Assembly (NCBI GenBank): GCA_000708835.1
Contig: DF237134.1
Coordinates: forward strand, 62,001 to 126,000
From: Klebsormidium nitens
Lineage: Eukaryota; Plantae; Klebsormidiophyceae
Direction of reading: 5' to 3'
Length of the DNA stretch: 64,000 bases
The notes below the pieces were generated by a model. That model saw only the letters and a program-made list of their open reading frames with translations, did not search any database and had not been told where the DNA came from. Of the stretch, positions 12,201-27,600 are shown in pieces (position 1 is the stretch's first letter; every line of letters starts with the position of its first letter). The position numbers and the translations under genes are program-made.

Positions 12201-15200
12201 TCGGACCATCACAACACCTCTGGTATCTGATTGATAGACAGAGCAATCAAAATCGACAACGCCGAAAACAACTCTTGATCTCAGCCTGGCAAACGCGCGC
12301 GCACCTGCTCGTCCTGCTTGACGAGGCCCTTGGCGAGCTCGACGTCCGAGTCGTCGACGCCCTTGATCTTGACGCCGTACTTGGCGCACAGGTACGCGTT
12401 GTACACCACGCCGCCCAGCAGCAGGTGGTCCACCGTCTCGTAGATCTTGGACAGCGGGCCGATCTTGGTGTCGTACTTGGACCCAGCCACAACTGCGCGC
12501 GTGCAGAAAAAGGTCAGTCAAGGGGGTGGAAACGCTACCTAATAGCGGGCCGATCTTGGTGTCGTACTTGGACCCCACCACAATTGCGCGCGCGCACAGA
12601 AAAGGGTCAGTCAAGGGGGTGGAAGAAACTTCCTGCGGATCCTCAGCGGGCTGGCGTTGTACTCAACCATTGCGCGCGCTGTGGACCGGGGGAATCAGTC
12701 GAGGGGTAAAAAACAGCTGCCTACAGGATACTAGCTTCTTTCGCCAGCGGGCTGGTTTTATATTTGGTACTGCTTGCATAGTGTCAGGCGCCACCAGCAG
12801 AAATGATACAGCAAACCGGACGTTCGGGGTCGTACTTAAGCTAACGCACTTATGTCGCACATCACAGTTCTGCTCCCACCTCGTTTTTTGGGACGGTTCC
12901 TTCTTTCGAGCAGAAACGTAAGAAACTCTCAAGAACGGGCCGACGGGATTGGATGCAACTTATTGCTGTCAGGTGGGCGGCCGAGCTACGGAAGCTGCAG
13001 TTTGACCTTCCGCCCATGCACGCCCGGCACAATGACTAAGTTTCGACCCAAGATTCAAAGTTACATCTGAAAGAGGATAATGGAAAGTCAAACTCACTGG
13101 AGACGAAGGGGCGACTGGGCCGCAGGATCTCGCTGACGTGCTCCAGCTCCGACTGCATGAGCAGGCCCGCGTAGCTGGGCAGTAGCTTGGTGATGTGGAA
13201 CGTGGTCGCGTGCGGCTGCCACGACCCGAACGCGTCGTTCACGTAGCAGTCCGCCAGGCCCGCCAGCTGCACCACGAACCGCTGCATCTGCTCGCCCTTG
13301 TCCTCCTCACCCTGCACGCAGCAAGTAAGTCTCGATGAATTGGAAGCTCGTTCTATCAGGCCTTAAAGTGGAAAAGCCGGATCCCGACGTTCACGTGCCA
13401 GCTGCACAACGAACCGCTGCATCTGCTCGCCCTTGTCTCCTCGCCCTGCACGCACAAAGAAGTGCAGCGGTGTCCTGGAAGGTGACAATCATAGATTCTT
13501 TTTGGGGAAAGCCAAATGGTAGTAAACAGCGCATTGTATGATGACCCGAGGAATGGTTTTTTTGCCCTGCGCACTTGTCTCCAAGGATTCAAGCGCGCTA
13601 TTTGTACGGTTCGGGACGGCAATCTAGTGCACCAATCTGTGATTCGGAACTCAAATCCAAGTGAATCGCTGGGGTTGTCATGCTGGGCTTCTCATCACGA
13701 GCCTAGCAATCAAATGATGAAGGCTGCCGAAATATGGTCTATCTGCAAATTCATTCACCTCCGCTAGGTACTCCTGAGTATGCGAAGCGTGGGGGCCAAT
13801 AGACGGGCAGTCGACTCCCGCTGCTCACCGCGAACCACCGGGTGTTTGGCAGGTAGATTCCGCCAATGCGCCTCTCTCGCAGGTCGTGGATCAGGTGGTT
13901 GATGCTCGTATCGATGTCCAGGATGCCCTTGTCTCCCCGCGGCTGGAAGTTGGGCACCGCAAACTTGATGCGCAGCTTGCGCTGCAGGTACGTCACTACG
14001 GCGTCCACGGCGTCGTTGGGGTCACACTGCATTGCGAAAACGTTATTAAAGAACTCGCCTTTGCTTCGGAGCCAGATCCAGCATTCGTGAGAGCAAGGGA
14101 TCTGGATCAAGGAGTCTGCTCCATTTTGTGAAATTGTTGGTACTGGAGAATGAGCGCCTATCCGAAAAGTGGAAACGGCTTTAAGGACAACTTTAATCGT
14201 AGCAGACGACCAGACAATATACAACAGAATTCGTGTGCATCAAAGCTGTTCAATGAACAGGAAACAAGGAACACTTTTCTATCCAGGGGCCTTTGTCCGA
14301 ATCCTCTTCTTCCTGCCTTTGTCTCCTATTCACCCCTGATTGAAAGCAGTGGTCGGCGCTGACCTTAAGTGTCTTGGTCTTTTTGTCATAAGGCCGATTC
14401 ACGTGTGTCATCAGAATGGGGCGCCCTCCGCGCTCAGCAATGTTGTACCTGCCAGGAGGTGTGCAACTCGTCATCGTGGCCAAATGTTCAGTGGTGCATC
14501 AAGCGTTTCTAGGTTGACTAACTTAAGAAGTGAATTGGAGGGCGGCTATGCCTTCCTTCACACACTGATGCTGTGAATGTGTTTCAGGAGCGGTTAAACT
14601 TTTCCCAACAACAAAAACAGAAGACAATGAAGGCTTTGGAGTCGGATGCCCAATTTGAGCTTCGATGGAAAACATCTCTGTATAGTACTTCCTCGGGTTC
14701 CCAGCTCGACACACTAGGTCGAGATAAATAGGCAAATCAGCGATCGAAGTTTTCCAGCCACATCATTAGGTCTCTACAGCATCTTGTATGAACGACTTCA
14801 TGTACCACCATCGACAAGCCAGACAACAATCTCCCAACAATTGAGCACTTACAATGTCGCCAACGTGCAGTCAATTCTGTACTGGTCCAAGATCTTCCCC
14901 TTCTTGACAACGTTGTGATCCTGCATGCAACATATTTCACAGAGTGTTTCCGCAAAAGTTCCTGCATAAGTGACCCTTCGCTAATCAAGATGAATCAGCT
15001 ACAATCTCTTGCACCCGTTTTTCTCAATAGTACATAGATCAAGCACACACAAGTCAGACTGCTTATCACCGATCACTGAACAATCTGTGATGCCAACTTT
15101 TTCAAGGCCTATTTCTGTATCATGGATGAGGGTCAACGCTAAAATAGTTGAACAATCAGTAAGTTCTCTTTGATGCTACTTAGAGCGGAGAGAATCGGAG

Positions 15201-15604
15201 TATCATACAACAACTAGGAGGATCTGCCACAATAAGTGTCCTTAGAGGCACCGACTTGTGCAAATCAGCACAGTCAATCAGTGCAAGCCCTGCATTGTGC
15301 AGTCAGACCTCAAAAGAGATTTTTTACGCACCACTCGAAGCAGAACGATTTTGTCCTGCAAGTCCGCATCCTGGACCTGCACCAATCAGAGCACAGCATG
15401 AGTTTGGACACACAAGAACCAGTGCTTGATGTGATCAATGAGCATGAGTGATGATGGCCAACTTTTCATTTCATGTAAATCTACATTGAATTTACCTCCC
15501 AGAAGGTCACAGCCATCTGGTGGAAGCTCCCAGATCAAATGCATAGACCAACTCACCAAGGGCAAGCGTGGGTCCACCTTGTACTCATACTTTGAGTCGC
15601 CCAT
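9272..15604 (-). CDS. PGK: Phosphoglycerate kinase of a divergent type, ~507 aa, 12 exons, with a Ser/Thr/Pro-rich C-terminal tail
   Basis: Exons 15557-15604, 15332-15376, 14853-14920, 14364-14448, 13829-14026, 13098-13311, 12305-12492, 11601-11715, 11119-11295, 10664-10736, 9941-10113, 9272-9411 are phase-consistent. PGK motifs occur in order: LLRVDHNV, YRID, LMTHVNRP, LPNTRW, YVNDAFG, AGSKYDTK, LLLGG, GGGDT, FTGGGTV. The start codon and last exon are less certain. Confidence 0.9.
12074..12350. repeat. Decayed ~150-bp tandem duplication spanning the PGK donor site at 12304
   Basis: 12074-12205 repeats 12229-12350. The copy reads SDVHLAKGLVKWHEQ|GTGCGC versus the true SDVELAKGLVKQDEQ|GTGCGC. 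The decoy donor lies 144 nt downstream on the transcript. Confidence 0.9.
12464..12710. repeat. Three-copy tandem duplication spanning the PGK acceptor site at 12493
   Basis: The unit agcgggccgatcttggtgtcgtacttggac...caa(c/t)tgcgcgcg...ggtcagtcaagggggtgga starts near 12465 and 12544, with a more decayed copy near 12644. In the extra copies the acceptor AG reads AA (plus-strand ct to tt, e.g. 12584). Confidence 0.9.
13263..13465. repeat. Partial duplication of a PGK acceptor plus exon start inside the upstream intron
   Basis: 13397-13463 (gccagctgcacaacgaaccgctgcatctgctcgcccttgtctcctcgccctgcacgca) copies 13263-13330 with a 1-nt deletion. The AG is retained. Confidence 0.9.
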
Positions 15605-16790
15605 GCTTGCAGGTGTGGAGGAAACGCAAGTAGGCAATGTACTAAGAGTTGGTTATAGATCAATTCGTCTTCTGCAAATGAATCTTGCCTTTCCAGCGTC
15701 TTGAACAATTGTAGGGGAAACACGGGACTCTCAATTGTCCCTTGCTAGCAGAGAACGAAATGGCACCTTGGGATGCTGCCTAATCAGTATGCACCAAGAC
15801 ACCTCTGACACCTTAAAATCAGCTGCCAGCGAGAAATGATCACCAATCCTGCAAACATTCATAAACCAGCGGGTCGCCTCCTTCCTTGCAACATGTGCAG
15901 AGCTGGATGACAAGGAGCAATTGCGTCGCTAGCAACGTCTTGTTTCGATTCTTCGAAGTCAGGTACCTACATACGGTAGAAGAACAGCTGCGGAGTCCAC
16001 GTGAAAATCTAATTCCCTCCTGACGCAATCTTATCAATGCAGTCGCTAATTGAGGAAGACAAAGTTGAAGGGTGTGGCGGCGCATGGCCCCGTTCAATCG
16101 CTTGCTGGTTTGTCGCAGAAAGAAAATGGCGCAAGGAATATCCAATCATTGCAGCCGAAAAGGATCACGTGGTTTGCAGACAAGTCATCAGTCGCTTCGC
16201 ATGACGTCTGTTTTGCCCCTCGCTGTGAGGCTGGTGTCGTCAGCGGAGGCGGCGACGAGTGTATTCACTTTGGATCATTCGTGTCGGAAGCATCGAGCCA
16301 GGTAATCACTGAAGCCGTTCTCTCCGGCCAAATTCCTCTCGATGTAAAGGGGCCCCCGCGTGGATTCTGGAGTCCAGTCAGCTTCAGCTGCCAAGTCAGC
16401 AAACCAGATAAAGTCGCGAAGGCCCTGTGACGGTGCTTCTTCACTTCCGGAACCCACCATGCGCCCTGAGAACCCCCAGCCGAAATGGTTTGCTGACCAG
16501 CGCAGGGCCTCAGGCTTTGGTGGACTTTCTGTTGAAGCGGAACTTGCAAGTGATCATCGTCACGTGAAAGCCTGCAGCACATGCGGTAGGCTGGTCTTGC
16601 ATTTGCTTGCCGCCCTTCGGCAGCAGACACGATAGATCTCCAAGCTGAAGTTCAGCTTCACAAAAGCTGTCTTCCCTCAGAAACTTCTGAAAAATTCTTC
16701 TTTCCGGCCAACTCTGTTTTGGAAAGTTGGCGCCTCAGCTGCTCAACCCGACCCTTTCTCTGCAAGGCTTCTCAATTCAAGTGACACAAG
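15605..16790. promoter_or_regulatory. Putative bidirectional promoter / 5' leader region between PGK and GAPC
   Basis: Divergent ATGs at 15604 (-) and 16791 (+). A CpG-rich patch at ~15900-16640 holds three CACGTG G-boxes (15998, 16166, 16561). Function is inferred from position only. Confidence 0.55.
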
Positions 16791-20609
<3,819 letters not shown>

Positions 20610-21614
20610 ATTGGTAGTGTCGGCGAATTGACGACCTCGAAGCAGATCTCGTAGTGAGGGACATGCTCAGCGAAAATACTCTTAGCTAGAGGTTGTTTCG
20701 AAGCAGTTGACACTGCCGATACTCAAAAACCACGAGCTGCAGCAATAAAGCAAGGCCCAGCCGCGCCTTGCGAATAGCAACACGTTGCTCACATACAGCA
20801 GATTGAGGATTTGACGTAGCGCCCCCATTAAGCTCTTGTACAGAACAGATATTACCGGCTTGCAAATTATCCAGAATGATCGAGCGAAACGACTGCGCCA
20901 AACTGAAGTCCACACATGCGCGCATGGGCAAATTTGCAACCGTTAGGCGTATGCATTGACTTTACCTACAGTGCTCGGAGGATGTTGTATCGCTGAGTGA
21001 TACCCTTATAAGACCCGATCATGGCTAACCGCGATTTTGACTTAACGCAATGGCCGTATCCTTCAACGCAGCCGGTTCCGACTTAAAGTGGGTCTCGTAT
21101 CAGGCATAATCTTATATCTGACAGGCTACGTGCTTCGAAGAGGTTCAGATAGCCAGGCCGGGCCGGAAAATCGATCCGACATGGTGCAACGTGGTCATGC
21201 AAGCTCTCGGCAAAAGACAGTAGCGGTTACAGTGAGCATTTTCTGCTCGGCGTTTTCTGGATACTGAAATGCTTCATGAGCAGCTAGCAGGTCCCGCATG
21301 CCATTATCATGTGGATCGATGTTCAGGCTCGAAGCTTGACCATGTTTGATCTCTTTTTGCGGATCGCAGAGCTAGTTGTGAGTCCCAATGGTCATGCACC
21401 GTTTCATGACACCTCTTGAGAAAGCAGCCTAATCGAGCACTCTTCTATCTCGGCTTTGCACGTATCCTGTCTTCAGCAGTCAGCTGCGAGCCTAATTTTC
21501 TGTCTTTCTCCTGGTGTGATTTCAATCAAACACGGTACTCAACAGGCGCAATTGCCCCAACAGAAGGCGTATAAGGAACTTTGCGCCAGAATTTGGTAGC
21601 GGGAACACAAGTAG

Positions 21615-24600
21615 TTAGCCTGCCGCAGCCTGCGCCGTTCCGTTGACACCCGCTGGCCTGTTTGCAGCCGCTCGCTGCTGACGGGCCTTCCGCAGCTCCT
21701 CTTCACTTTCGTAGTGAGCAAATGCGGCGTCAAGCATCTGCATTCCAGGATAACCAATCATCTGACGGCGCTCGTGGTGAAGACTCAACCAGACATCGAG
21801 TGCGTGACTCCTCCTTCATTTTGAATCAAACATTTCCAAGCAAGTTTGTATGTTTCATTGCAGGAACCCTCGTGAAACAGCGAGCAGCCCAAGAGAAGGG
21901 GAGGCTTTCGGGCCCACTTCAAAGCAGAGGCTGCTTTCGGCAGCCTGCTTACTCAAGACCGTCTCCTTTTTAAGCAAGACAACTGTGAAGAAGCCTGCGT
22001 TCAGGTACGTCATTCAGGCGCACTCGGAGAAGAGCTCCGCTTCATCGCAGCTACAATCTGCTGCAGCAAAAGTAAACAATCAAAAGAAGTGGATCACCGG
22101 ATGCCGAGCAAATTGCCGGCCACGTGCACTCGGTACATGGGCCCCGGGCGACCCTTACCTGAAAGACTGGTTTGAAGAGCTGAGAGACCGGCTCCCGATA
22201 CTCTGAGGGGATCCCCTCCTTGGTGCGCTGCATCCGCTCGTACAGCCCCGCCATGGCGTCTTTCAACCGGTTGGCCTGCAGTCAGCGGACCTATATATCA
22301 TTCGGCCCCCGGGGGAGAACGCCGGGGCAGCTGGTCTTGCTGCAGTAGCTAGGGCTCCACAACAAAGAGTGCCACTAAAGAAGCAACTTTTGCCACTTCT
22401 TGGGAGCATTTGCTTTGAAAGTTCGATGGCTTGCAAACCACGAAAGGAAGACCGCTGCTCAAGCTTGATTGCCATTGAATCGAGCCCAACGTCCGATTCG
22501 CGGTTCCTTCTCGGCCTGTTCTCTACCGGCCCGGTGTTTACGCTCCCCTCTTACCTCGATAGCTGATTCCTACGCTGCGATTCACGAATTTCATGCGCCC
22601 AGGATCCGTCGAGCAGCATGGAACGGTACCACTAAGCAGAACCGTCGTTATGTGAAGAGAGCGGGGTCAAGAAGAAATTCGTACTTTCAAGGACCGAGGC
22701 CGGGGACGCTGTTTGAAGGGATGACGTGGCGAGCTTTCGGGCTTGACCGGGAGCTTCTCGATCCAGGATTGGCCCGGAGGAGCCAACCCCAGGCTTCCGC
22801 TCCTAAAACCCGCCACGTCATTCCTTCCAACAGCGTTCCGGATTGAGGAAGGGACACGCTTACCTTGTTGAGCAGAGTCGCGCTCGTGATCGGGTACGCC
22901 CCCCAAAAGTGCCGCAGCATCTCGTGCGCAGTTGCCGCACTCTGCGCCACAAAGCAAATGGAAACGGTCATACGAATGCTGGGCCTGGTTGATTCCGAGG
23001 TCACTTTCAGTCATTCCATTGTCGAGCAGGCATCTCCGTTGGAACAAGGTCCGCGTCGTCTTAAATACCACGGCTTGGAAGATCGGACTTGGCTTTAGGG
23101 CCAAAAGTTGGGTTATTGGGGTTTGCCTTTATTGACCTTCTGCCGGCTTTCAGATTCGACACATATCAATCTCCTACTATCCTCTTGTCTAGAAGGGTCA
23201 ACGTACTCAATCTTCTGCCGTCCTCGTGTCCACTTGGATGAGAAAGAAGTCCAGTCGCTCCCTTGCACTTTCCCCTCAACTTTGATAACCAGCACCAATT
23301 CTTCTTCAAATGGCATACAAACATCCATGCTTTTTACAGTAGACAAGACAAGACGCTAGAGCGGCAGTCCAATCTAGGCGCGGCAACGCTTCCAGAGCTC
23401 CTGCGCCATGGGGGAAACGCGAAGCGTCCAAACGTACCTGGAAGACGTCATCTTTGACGGACGCCGGCAGTTGTTTGAGCAAGTCCTGCCCGGCCTTCTT
23501 GCCGGCGCTCGCGACCGACACTTGGATCTGCTGCTGCACCTCACTCAACACCTGGCGGTCAGGGTTGCACGCGGGTTAGGGTATAGGGTGGTTAGCGGTC
23601 AGAGCCCAGGCTATTTGGAGCGAGTTCAAATCAGAGTGGTGGTGGCTAGCGTTTGACGGGAAATGCTGTTTAGGATTGGGGTGTTTAATCGTTGGGGCTT
23701 CAGAAACTTGCGGGCACTGCGGTTGAAGCTGTGATGAACGCGCTCAACAAGTCGACTCGGGTCCATCGTCTAGTGATGATTGAGGGCGGGTGCAAAAGCC
23801 TCTTTAACTTGGTCAGCGCTCAGGAATCCTGCACCTTGGGCGTCAACGTAGGTTTTAACCCGTTCCCATCCGCCGTACCCACAGTCAATCATCCGGCATA
23901 ACGGACCGTCAGAAACCTTGATGCAGCTCAGAGCCGCCCGTATCCGGCTTGGCGCTAACCCAATAAAAGTGGGAGTTTCAGAGAGTACGAAGAGAAATGG
24001 GGGAGATGCAGGACATGTAAACAGATCCGCGTGGCTCTCAGCTGCCACTCCATCTGCAGCCTCGAATCTCTTATCAGATTTCATGGAGAAGAGAAAAGTC
24101 TTTGAAGCACCATGTGGCAGAAGTGCGTGGCTTTCCCGTCGGTGTGGCAGCTTTTGCGCAGATTGCCGAGTAGCGGAGTGAAGGGGCACCTGGAAGGCTT
24201 TCGCGGGCGGCAGCACGCCGCCCAGTCCCTCGGTCCGCACCGCGCCCGCCTGCTCGCGCATTGCCGCCCAAAGCGCGCCGTCGGTCTGCGGCCCTCCTGC
24301 GCTGGTGCTTGCAGGACCGCCGGTGCTGACGTCAAAGTAACGCCGGGGGTCCTGGACAAGGCAGTGAGTGTGACATTCACGCGGAGAGGCTTTCGTCAGT
24401 GCGGAGGGAGAGACGTCTGGCGACTTCGTGTGTCGGAAGCGTTTGAAGGCTGTGTCCCAATGGGCAATAACCCGCTGTAATGATGCAGACAAGCCAGGCC
24501 GGTATCGTGACTTCGTGTCCTTCTCAAAACCTTGTAGAACCTTGCACAGATTCGCTGAGAGTCCTCAACGCGAAATGCTCACTAGGCGTTTTATGTGACC

Positions 24601-27600
24601 AAGAACGCGAAACCTAGAATCGTATGCAGTTCAGGGACCTTCCGAGATTCCGCGGAACCGTTGCTTAAAGCATATACGCGAGCTCACCTCGATGCGCAGC
24701 GGCACGGCGGGCGCCTGCGGCTGCGGGTGCAGGTCCGGCATGTCGGTCGCCTCTTGCAGCTTCTCGTGCCACCGCTGCTCGCGCGCGGGGTCGCCGTTTT
24801 CCGCTCGACTTCCGGCGACTGCAGCGGAAAAGGAGGCGATCATCAACATTGCAGCGGAAAAAAGCTGATTAGCGTCTGGCCATTTTTCGAATGTCGCAGC
24901 GGAAACCAGTTTTCGCTTTTTTAGGACTGGACATGAAGTCTGTTTCTCATTGAAGAAAGGGTCAGCATAGACTGCTGGTAGGGGGAGTTACCGCCTTCAC
25001 GACAGCTGTATACCACAAAGAGAGTCAACAACTGCTCCAGAGGCAGAGACGGCGTTTTCCACTCCGCGTCCGGCAACTGCGACGGAGAGGAGGTGTGCAA
25101 CGTTTCATACTCGATGAAACGGCATCCAAGCAGGAGGTTACAAAAACGAATCCGAGGCAGACTGCAGACGGGATTTCGTGCAACGGGTTGAAATGCAGGG
25201 GAGCAGAATGGGCAGCGTTGATGCGACTCAGGTGTTGGAACTTCAAAACACGAACAATTTAGAACTAGTTCTGTGTACTGGGGTATCCGGCGATAGACTG
25301 GACTACAGCGCCAAACGACGAGCGAGAGCTAAGCAGAGGAAAAAGCTTGTCTCTCTGCATTGGTGTCATCGGCCTGAGACCCTTGAAGTCCACAATGCTG
25401 TTCCACGTTTTTCCAAATCCAGAACCCCAAGAAATGAACGATAAGCGTCGCTCACGCTGCGCGGCCGCTCGGGCGGCATTCACGGCGGCCGCAGCGGCGG
25501 CGGGGTCCTTGATGTCCTCGCCTGCGAGAAACGAACGGTGTCAATAATTTCACAACTTACTTGCCAAAGGAAACATGACACCATCTATATGGACTGAAAA
25601 GGCTTTGCAGCCGCAAAGCTTCCTCGTACACATCACGCATGATTCAATCCTCTCGAAGGGACAGCTCCCTGGGTGCTTCGTTGTGAACTCTAGCGCCTAG
25701 ATGAGACGCCGCCACGACGCATTCGTGAGGACCTTCACTGGGAAGCTGTGACGAGAGGAGACGCCCTGTTCTCTGAGCTTATCTTCATAAACCTCCCTAT
25801 CATGTTGAAAAGTGTGTAAACGGACGCGTCCGGAGTGACGTCAAGAGCGACAAAGGGCCGATAATAGCAGCAGTGTTGGTCGCCGAGGGATGACATCAGC
25901 GCCTGACCACGAACTACCATCTCGGCCACCAAAAACCGGGCCTTCTCCAGTCTAATGTCGCTGCGTTTTTTGTCGTATCGCCACGGCCTCTTGAAATTGT
26001 CGCTGCGAAGGGAACTAGACTGGCAGCCTTACCTGCCGGCCTCCCGTCCAGGACCACCGCCGCGTGTCGGTTGATGTCGTGGGCAATCTTTCGTTTCTTG
26101 GCGCTTTCTCGTGACGGGCCGGCTTCTTTCCCTCCGTCCCTCAGCAACCCGTAACCCTGCAAATGGTCAAGATAAGTATTGAAGCAATCGCAGCTTTTAA
26201 GTGGCTCGACTTCAATGAGCGGCGATCAGCCCCTCGGTCACAAATGGACATCTTGACTTTGGTGAGAGTATCGCACAATCTTCCAGCCGGTTGTAGAAAG
26301 GAAAATTTTCACACGCCTTTGCGACGAAACTGGCTTCAGCGGCCTTTGCAGACCCAAAAAAAGTTGCACTCGAAGCTTCAAATCAAATCCTGCAAAATCG
26401 CCACATAGTTGGCGGATAGGATGCTTAAAAGAGGCTCATTTCAGGCATCAATCTGGCAAGATAAATCCAGCAAACCAAAACGGACATACGAAGGGAAGGT
26501 AGAGACGTTCTGTGATTCACACCTCAGCAATCGATCGAGCAGAAGAAAGACAACAAAGACGTTGGCTCACCGACGTGCTCTGGTAATAGTCGTCCGCTTG
26601 GTCCGCCGCCATGTTGAGCGTCGGGTCCACCCCGCGAATCTGCAAAGACAAATTGGACAGCTTGAGATGGGGATGAGACCTCCCCGGTACAGACTTGCTC
26701 AAAGCAACGGATGGAGGCAGCCTGCTACATAGAACGGTAGGCGTCAGCCTCGTACGCTCTACGCCGGATTGTTCGCAGAAAAGTCCTGCTGTCGAACCTA
26801 TTCACCGACGAAAACCAATAAGGCAGCAGCATATGGGATTGAGCGGTCTTTTGAGTAGGGAAACCTTTCACACGCGATTCGGCAGTTAAGGCGTCAGCGG
26901 CCTTTGCTGAGTGCTAACCGGCTAGGGAACGCCCACTGTGTGCGGTCTGATTTACACCCTGCCGCTTGTAATCCATGCCGCTTCAGTCCCCAACAGTCTG
27001 TCTTGAGTAGCCATGTCAACGCACGATCCATTTGATGATACCTTTCGACCGTGAGGCGCCAGCGACCCTCAACGCCGGAGTATCCTTAGCTTTGTTGCTT
27101 TTCATACCACGGCCCCTCGTCCGTCACACTCTTCCTTGATTTCTATCCATCACATGCCATACCCTAATATCCAAGTCCTTTGTATCTCAGATTACGATCT
27201 ATGCATCTTTCAAATAATCGAAACCCGCAGACAAACCAGGACTCCATACTCCGTAGACTCGTTTGTTCCTCCAGCGACCACCCCGCTTGGTCATTTACTA
27301 ACCTTGGTTTGTTCCTCACGCGACGGCCCCGCTTCGTCGCTAAACCGAATCAGCTTATCTTGATTTGTTCCTCCTGCAACGGCCCCACGTCGTCGCTGAC
27401 CCAACATAGTGAACGTTACTTCGTTCCTGCAACAACGGCCTGCGTCGTCATCAACCCGAAATCACTAACCTTGGTTTGCTCCTCCCGCGAAGGCCCCGCG
27501 TCGTCGTCCCGGAACATGGCCTCCGCCTCCTCGTCCATGTCGGCCACCGCCGCCTGCGCGCCCGCGCGCCGCTGCGAATGTAAATACTCCGCCTTGCAGT

